DNA from: an uncultured Verrucomicrobiota bacterium
GTDB lineage: Bacteria > Verrucomicrobiota > Verrucomicrobiia > Limisphaerales > UBA9464
Length of the DNA: 64,000 nucleotides
Direction: 5' to 3'
NCBI GenBank assembly: GCA_903939515.1
Contig: CAJAHH010000123.1
Span: 29,106-93,105, forward strand
The position numbers were made by a program, and so were the translations under genes. This document shows, in pieces, positions 59,901-64,000 of the stretch (within the stretch, counting starts at the first letter, position 1; each line of letters opens with the position of its first letter). Below the pieces are notes generated by a model. It was not told the origin of the DNA. It did not search any database and was given only the letters and a program-made list of their open reading frames with translations.

Positions 59901-60768
59901 CATCGGTGATCGAGATCGGAATGACGGCATTGGGGTTACCCTCGGTCGAGGCATGGGTGTAGCCTTGCACATCGGCCACTTCCCCAATCACGCAGCGCAG
60001 CAATTCGAGGGTGGAATCCGCCGGTTTGCGGTTGAGGACCTCGGCGCGGGCGATGGTGAGTTGCTGGCCATTGACCCGGCTCGATCTGAGGTCGCTGAAG
60101 GGTGCCTTGACCCGATGGAAGAGGCCGTTGCGCAGCGACAGGGTGCTGGTGGTGGATTCGATGCCGACCTCGCAATGCTGCACCTGGAAATGCCACAGCG
60201 CGGCGGTCGTTCCGGTCCAACGCAGGGCCACCCGGGCGTGGGAGATACGGAAATCATTCCAGCGAGACTGCCCTGACTCGAGGCGTGCGCCATTGACCGA
60301 CAAGGCGACGTCCGCGTAGGGGCCTGAGGAAGGTTTACCTGTCGAGCCCGGCACGAGTTCTCCCACCGAATCGTCGTCGGAGGCCGTGAATACGATGGGT
60401 GCCTCGGGTGTGGCTTGCCAGGAAACCCGGGCGTCTTTCCCCAACTCCAATCCCGCCGAACGCCCCGGCTGGAACTTCAGCACGCAGCCAGCCTCAAAGC
60501 GCACGGAGCCTTCCAAGCGGACCGGTCCCGCGACTAGGTAGGTGACTCCAGCCCGGAAGGTGCGGTCCTTGCCTGGAACAACCTCGACGGGTGCCGACAA
60601 AATCGGCAGCCAGCCAGCCAACAGGCACAGTAGCGTGGGCCAACGAAGCCAAGTCGCTAGACCAGGATGATAATGACTCACCCTTGCTATTCCCGGACCG
60701 TTTTGGATGGGCCTGCGGTCTGTCATCAGTGGCAACGCTGAGCTTCGTCGAAGCTGCGGCCAAGGCAA
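56914..60768 (-). CDS. Large secreted mosaic protein (beta-helix-like, Ca-binding loop, LamG-like, peptidase C25-like, FN3-like regions)
   Basis: Signal-like WPTLLCLLAGWLPILSA; PIVFTASDDD; DRDGDGRSDLDE..GTDP; VLIGHP..DGH..WPADLFYGDL..GRIDF; LLGDPCL; ELTWNAS. Start uncertain. Confidence 0.72.
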   Translation of the reverse strand: MPWPQLRRSSALPLMTDRRPIQNGPGIARVSHYHPGLATWLRWPTLLCLLAGWLPILSAPVEVVPGKDRTFRAGVTYLVAGPVRLEGSVRFEAGCVLKFQPGRSAGLELGKDARVSWQATPEAPIVFTASDDDSVGELVPGSTGKPSSGPYADVALSVNGARLESGQSRWNDFRISHARVALRWTGTTAALWHFQVQHCEVGIESTTSTLSLRNGLFHRVKAPFSDLRSSRVNGQQLTIARAEVLNRKPADSTLELLRCVIGEVADVQGYTHASTEGNPNAVIPISITDAFVEAAGSLYLPPGSRRIRPGFGHGLLDPELAVALPAMTVLPPELLPPLVTQTLYLTPRAIRDQALPEAGGLNPIKLGFHHWPIDYWVEGTTVSNAVVTVATATVLHETPARGFRWIGSGSLRRETEVPQSTAAPKKRPVPGRGDRDGDGRSDLDELLDGTDPENRFSAQPRVLASFGFDTDRFESGDGAMPLPGSSASREPSFDRSAAGFHRSGQVLLYPLIWNRDGVTRTNLQPLHGSIALDYSPDWFHGATNDAPGADCVLLETPGLRVSIDASGRRLALTRISENFQQTLWSPLPRSATQSRPFTGRTNWTFQLSFTADTFEQLPRESHSRPPSPRNELNTFSLGNALDGQSPALGRLDRVLLRNHLLPGSLGHPGPPEGIVRSHHRPLEADDTDRISGESLASGIRLTFQRDWEGDGDQGGFYPIARKSWGPNPTAWEIIDRDARTSVFTDTTVRSGQTYGYRVLRNSRPPLELCVAHDTPPPADRGRALLLVDDTLAERLTGSLARYRADLIADGWEVVQHRVPRHVDADPQDFDCRRYDAEALPRNKANLLAIKALIRREYEAHPGRTQVAVLIGHPTIPQSGWAAEDGHVNCQDPAGIHLGAWPADLFYGDLTGTWTDTQSFKTGCPDCPRSQCAYCILGNEAGDGRWDQNELPREPDGSAGRIEVPLGRIDFARLSHFDSRFADLKGNPKSALEVEVALLDRYFDKVGRYRRGLLPFQDSAIGYANVLGALVDRNLVHIAPRLGQLELLTAAAWNTDLFQDGPNIRWGFQTDYSHFGVLGMTGAAKPGHSHFAKNVAWKRPGDIPRVAFLFAFGSFLGQWYSGYGEDFLRTCLASENSVLLAGTAYAFAPWITDRVHAGAPVHALLTDSAERNGSVNARLTYLLGDPCLLEHPLQAPSAFKAKNQAGVTELTWNASPEAPGGYRIDSGPANDSALWTQVQELPPETTRLRLESSASGKIFRLRGLGTVTNGSGRYRQWTAPSYASP

Positions 60769-60833
60769 ACCGTCCTAGGCTCCGGTTCGAGCCATCTTGT
60801 GGTCGGTGGATGTTTGGGCTGCATTCCCGGGGT

Positions 60834-61037
60834 TGGCTCCGCGGGACCGCGCCTTGCCTGCAAGGCACCGCTTCACCGGTAAGCCCCCCTGTAGGCCGGG
60901 TCTCCTGACCCGGCGTCTGGAGCTCGCAGGAAGGCGCGGAAGGATGGGGTTTTAGCGCCCCGCGCTAGGGGATTTTGTTTTTGCCTTCAATGCTCGCTCC
61001 GGTGCGGTCCCGCTGCTGCCGCTGTGTGGGACCGCTG
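60834..61037. repeat. ~200-bp structured REP/MITE-like element, copy 1
   Basis: Near-identical to 61156-61357; contains GTAG-GCCGGGTC-TCCT-GACCCGGC and GCCTTGC-CT-GCAAGGC hairpins. Confidence 0.85.
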
Positions 61038-61155
61038 GCTATGTGCGGGGTGGTCGAGGATGGATTGGGGAATCTTTGGTTTATTATTCGTCGAGGGTTT
61101 TGTGTTCGGGTGAGGTTTGCGTTGGGGACGCTCGGGTGGGCTACCGGTTATGGGC

Positions 61156-61357
61156 TGGCTCCGCGGGACCGCGCCTTGCCTGCAAGGCACCGCTTCACCG
61201 GTGAGCCCCCTGTAGGCCGGGTCTCCTGACCCGGCGTCTGGAGCTCGCAGGAAGGCGGCAAGGGAGGATGGGGTTTTCGCGCGGTGCGCCAGGTTTTTTG
61301 GTGTTTGCATTCAATGCTCGCTCCGGCGCGGTCCCGCTGCCGCTGGAGGGACCGTTG
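61156..61357. repeat. ~200-bp structured REP/MITE-like element, copy 2
   Basis: Direct copy at a 322-bp offset; inverted repeat GCGGGACCGCGCC...GGCGCGGTCCCGC near the ends. Confidence 0.85.
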
Positions 61358-61570
61358 GGTGTGAATGAATTCCATCGCCGGAGGCGATTGTGAAAAGGGC
61401 TTTCGAGCCTCAATCCTCTCGCCCCGCTTTTCATTCGCTCGGTTATCACCCCCATGAAGCCCCACCGCTGCGGCCTAGGCTCGACTTTGCGAGAAGGGGT
61501 TGGTAATTCCTCGGGCCACGACCGCCCCGAAGTACGCCGTTGAGCACGGGGTGGAGTATGCAGGCTGACA

Positions 61571-62509
61571 ATGAAAACACTTTCTATCTTCCTATTGTCC
61601 GGCGTTCTGGCCGGTTCAGTGCTGGGGCAGAACAACGCCGTCAAGGTGCCTTCAGCCCCCGCTTCAGGCGCTTCCACCAACGCACCGGCTGCCGATCCCG
61701 GGGCCGGCAAGTTTAAGACCGATCTCGAGAAGCACAGCTACGCCATGGGTGTGCTCTTGGCTGGAGACATCAAGCGCCAGTTGTCGCGCGGCAGCTACGA
61801 GCACGATGCCGAGATTGTCATCAAGGCGTTCTCAGAGGCGCTCCGAGGCAAGCCGACGGTGATCACGGACGGTGAGGCCAATATCATCTTGCGGAACTAC
61901 AGCACCGAGATTCGCAAAAAATCTGAGGAAAAGCGCAAGGAAGACGGTGAGAAGGCCAAGGTGGTGGGTGAGGCATTCCTGACGGCCAACAAGGCCAAGG
62001 AAGGCGTCAAGGTTACGGCCAGTGGTTTGCAGTACAAGGTGCTCAAGGCGGCTGAGGGCGCTAAGGCCAAGGGCGATGATGTCGTTGAGGTGCATTACCG
62101 CGGAACGCTGGTCGATGGGACCGAGTTCGACAGTTCCTACACTCGCGGACAGCCAGCCAGCTTTGGTCTGAGCCGGGTGATCAAGGGATGGACCGAAGGC
62201 TTGCAACTCATGACGGTGGGTTCGAAGTACCAGTTTGTGATTCCTTCGGATCTGGCTTACGGACAGAACGGTTCTCCGCCGAAGATCCCGCCCCATTCCA
62301 CCCTCATCTTCGAGGTGGACTTGCTGAACGTGAAGCCGCAAGTCGCGCCGCCGCTGCCCAGCAGCGTTACCAGCGACATCATCAAGGTTCCGAGCGCCGA
62401 TGAGTTGAAAAAGGGTGCCCAGATCGAGGTGATCAAGTCTACCGATGCCGAGCGCCTCCAGAAGGAAGCCGCTGAGCAAAAGAAGAAGGCCGACGTTCCC
62501 AAGAAATAA
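61571..62509 (+). CDS. FKBP-type peptidyl-prolyl isomerase (FkpA/Mip-like, exported)
   Basis: Signal peptide; SYAMG dimerisation domain; SGLQYKV; VHYRGTLVDGTEFDSSY; VIKGWTEGLQLM; IPPHSTLIFEVDLL. Confidence 0.95.
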   Translation: MKTLSIFLLSGVLAGSVLGQNNAVKVPSAPASGASTNAPAADPGAGKFKTDLEKHSYAMGVLLAGDIKRQLSRGSYEHDAEIVIKAFSEALRGKPTVITDGEANIILRNYSTEIRKKSEEKRKEDGEKAKVVGEAFLTANKAKEGVKVTASGLQYKVLKAAEGAKAKGDDVVEVHYRGTLVDGTEFDSSYTRGQPASFGLSRVIKGWTEGLQLMTVGSKYQFVIPSDLAYGQNGSPPKIPPHSTLIFEVDLLNVKPQVAPPLPSSVTSDIIKVPSADELKKGAQIEVIKSTDAERLQKEAAEQKKKADVPKK

Positions 62510-62533
62510 CCGGCTCTTAGGATCTTTTCGAGC

Positions 62534-62564
62534 GCTGCGCCGCCGTGTTTCACGGCGGCGCAGC
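62534..62564. terminator. Perfect 14-bp hairpin downstream of the FKBP gene
   Basis: GCTGCGCCGCCGTG-TTT-CACGGCGGCGCAGC; weak U tail. Confidence 0.6.
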
Positions 62565-62671
62565 CATTTACCGGACAGCCCCACTCTCGGAAGGTCGGCT
62601 TTCGGCAATCCGCCGCTTGCATGTCCCAAGGACTGGGGTACCTGTTGTTTAAGAGAATAGTACGTCTGCGT

Positions 62672-63949
62672 ATGAAAACGGTCGAAAACTACGATTCGGT
62701 GATCATTGGAGCGGGTCCCGCCGGTTGCTCCACAGCCACGGCACTGGCCATGCACGGTCGGAGAGTCTTGCTGGTCGAACGGGAAAAGTTTCCCCGGTAT
62801 CATATTGGCGAGTCGATGATCCCCTTCACCTATCCGCCGTTGGAGCGGATCGGGATGATCCCCAAGCTTCGTCAGTCGAGCTTCATGAAGAAGTATTCCG
62901 TGCAGTTCGTTTCTCCTTCGGGCCGTGCTTCGCAACCCTTCTATTTCTTCAACCGGTATGATCGTGAAACCGTGGCGCAGTCGTGGCAGGTCCTGCGCAG
63001 CGAGTTCGACCAGCTGATGCTCGACAATGCTCGAGAGCACGGCGTGACGGTTTGGGAAGAGTCGGAGGTCACCGAACTGCTGCAAGACGGCGTGGGCACC
63101 TACACGGGTGTCCGGGTAAAGTCCCGCGAGCATGGAGAGGTGGAGGTTCACGCCCCGGTCACTGTGGACGCAACGGGGCGCGAGGCCATCGCTGCCACCC
63201 GCAACGCTTGGAGGCGCGGTGATCCCAAGCTCAACAAGGTGGCCGTGTGGACCTACTACGAGGGTGCCAAGCGGGATACCGGCATCGACGAGGGAGGCAC
63301 CACGGTGGCTTTCATCCCAGACAAGGGCTGGTTCTGGTACATCCCTCAGCACAACAACCGGGTGAGCGTGGGCGTGGTGGCCGACGGCAAGTACCTGACC
63401 CGTGAAGGACTCAAAGACCCTGAGGCCATTTTTCAGCGAGAAATCGGGCAAAACAAATGGATCCAAGACCATTTGTCCACGGGTCGAGTGTGCGATCAGT
63501 ACTGGCTCACGGCCGAGTACACCTTCCGCTCCGAATACTGTGCCGACCGCGGATTGGTGCTGGTGGGCGATGCCGTGGGTTTCTTAGATCCGGTGTTCTC
63601 CAGTGGCATGATGATTGCCCTGAAGACCGGGGTTGCCGCCGCAGACGCCATTCATGCTGCGTTGCAGGCTGGCGACGTCTCTCCGGAGCGTTTTGCCGAA
63701 TATGGTCAGGTCACCCGGCAGAGTATCGAGAACATGCGCAAGTTGGTGTATGCCTTCTACGATCCGAACGTCAGCTTCAAGACCATCACCGACCAATTTC
63801 CGGAACTGACCAATGACCTCACGGACTGCCTGTCGGGGGATGTGAACAAGGACTTCACCCGGATGTTCGAGGTGTTTTCCCGCTTCACTTCGGTTCCCGA
63901 CGAGTTGCCGTATGGTGCCCCGAGGCTTGCGGCCGCAACCGCTGCCTGA
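62672..63949 (+). CDS. Flavin-dependent halogenase-like oxidoreductase
   Basis: GAGPAG; FPRYHIGES; FMKKY; WFWYIP (WxWxIP); GDA.GFLDPVFSSG (FxxPxxSxG). Confidence 0.85.
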   Translation: MKTVENYDSVIIGAGPAGCSTATALAMHGRRVLLVEREKFPRYHIGESMIPFTYPPLERIGMIPKLRQSSFMKKYSVQFVSPSGRASQPFYFFNRYDRETVAQSWQVLRSEFDQLMLDNAREHGVTVWEESEVTELLQDGVGTYTGVRVKSREHGEVEVHAPVTVDATGREAIAATRNAWRRGDPKLNKVAVWTYYEGAKRDTGIDEGGTTVAFIPDKGWFWYIPQHNNRVSVGVVADGKYLTREGLKDPEAIFQREIGQNKWIQDHLSTGRVCDQYWLTAEYTFRSEYCADRGLVLVGDAVGFLDPVFSSGMMIALKTGVAAADAIHAALQAGDVSPERFAEYGQVTRQSIENMRKLVYAFYDPNVSFKTITDQFPELTNDLTDCLSGDVNKDFTRMFEVFSRFTSVPDELPYGAPRLAAATAA

Positions 63950-64000
63950 AAAAATCCACCAACGGGTCTTCGACGTCGGCCGAGGGTAGATCTTGGGGCA

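Noticed and set aside
60834..61357. CRISPR array or coding ORFs within the duplicated element
   Set aside because: The units are about 200 bp and there are only two. The short ORFs are translations of the repeat with no protein-like features.
61832..63472. 546-aa minus-strand ORF
   Set aside because: Antisense to the FKBP and halogenase genes, as expected from high-GC codon bias; no motifs.

Overview
GC-rich bacterial chromosome segment with a gene repertoire typical of Verrucomicrobiota (Pedosphaera/Limisphaera-like; inferred from gene families, not from a marker gene). It holds about 42 CDS and two tRNAs (Lys-UUU, Glu-UUC). Housekeeping genes are proS, ruvC, cutA, a MogA/MoaB-family gene, hemB, dapL, a phosphohexomutase and an FKBP PPIase. 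PVC-signature envelope modules are four DUF1501 genes, two DUF1549/DUF1553 genes, one DUF1800, a PPC-repeat protein, a PVC-type heme-c dehydrogenase and three prepilin-type genes. Other genes include a DUF2892-TrxC-RND cluster, a SWIM/SNF2 helicase, an L-fuconate dehydratase, an AAA_14/DUF4143 ATPase and a flavin-dependent halogenase-like gene. The main unannotated structures read from the sequence are: (1) a ~3.7 kb islet (Xis-like HTH + PIN, ECF sigma + anti-sigma) bracketed by two decayed ~95-bp direct copies of a protein-coding fragment; (2) a tandem pair of 26-bp palindromes directly before the DUF4143 ATPase; (3) a 26-bp direct repeat bracketing the 7.6 kb dapL-to-DUF1501 block; (4) a duplicated ~200-bp structured REP/MITE-like element; (5) probable ligand-binding domains inserted into DUF1553 and DUF1800 scaffolds, one apparently circularly permuted. 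No CRISPR array, rRNA, integrase or transposase was found. All family calls come from motif recognition, without database searches.
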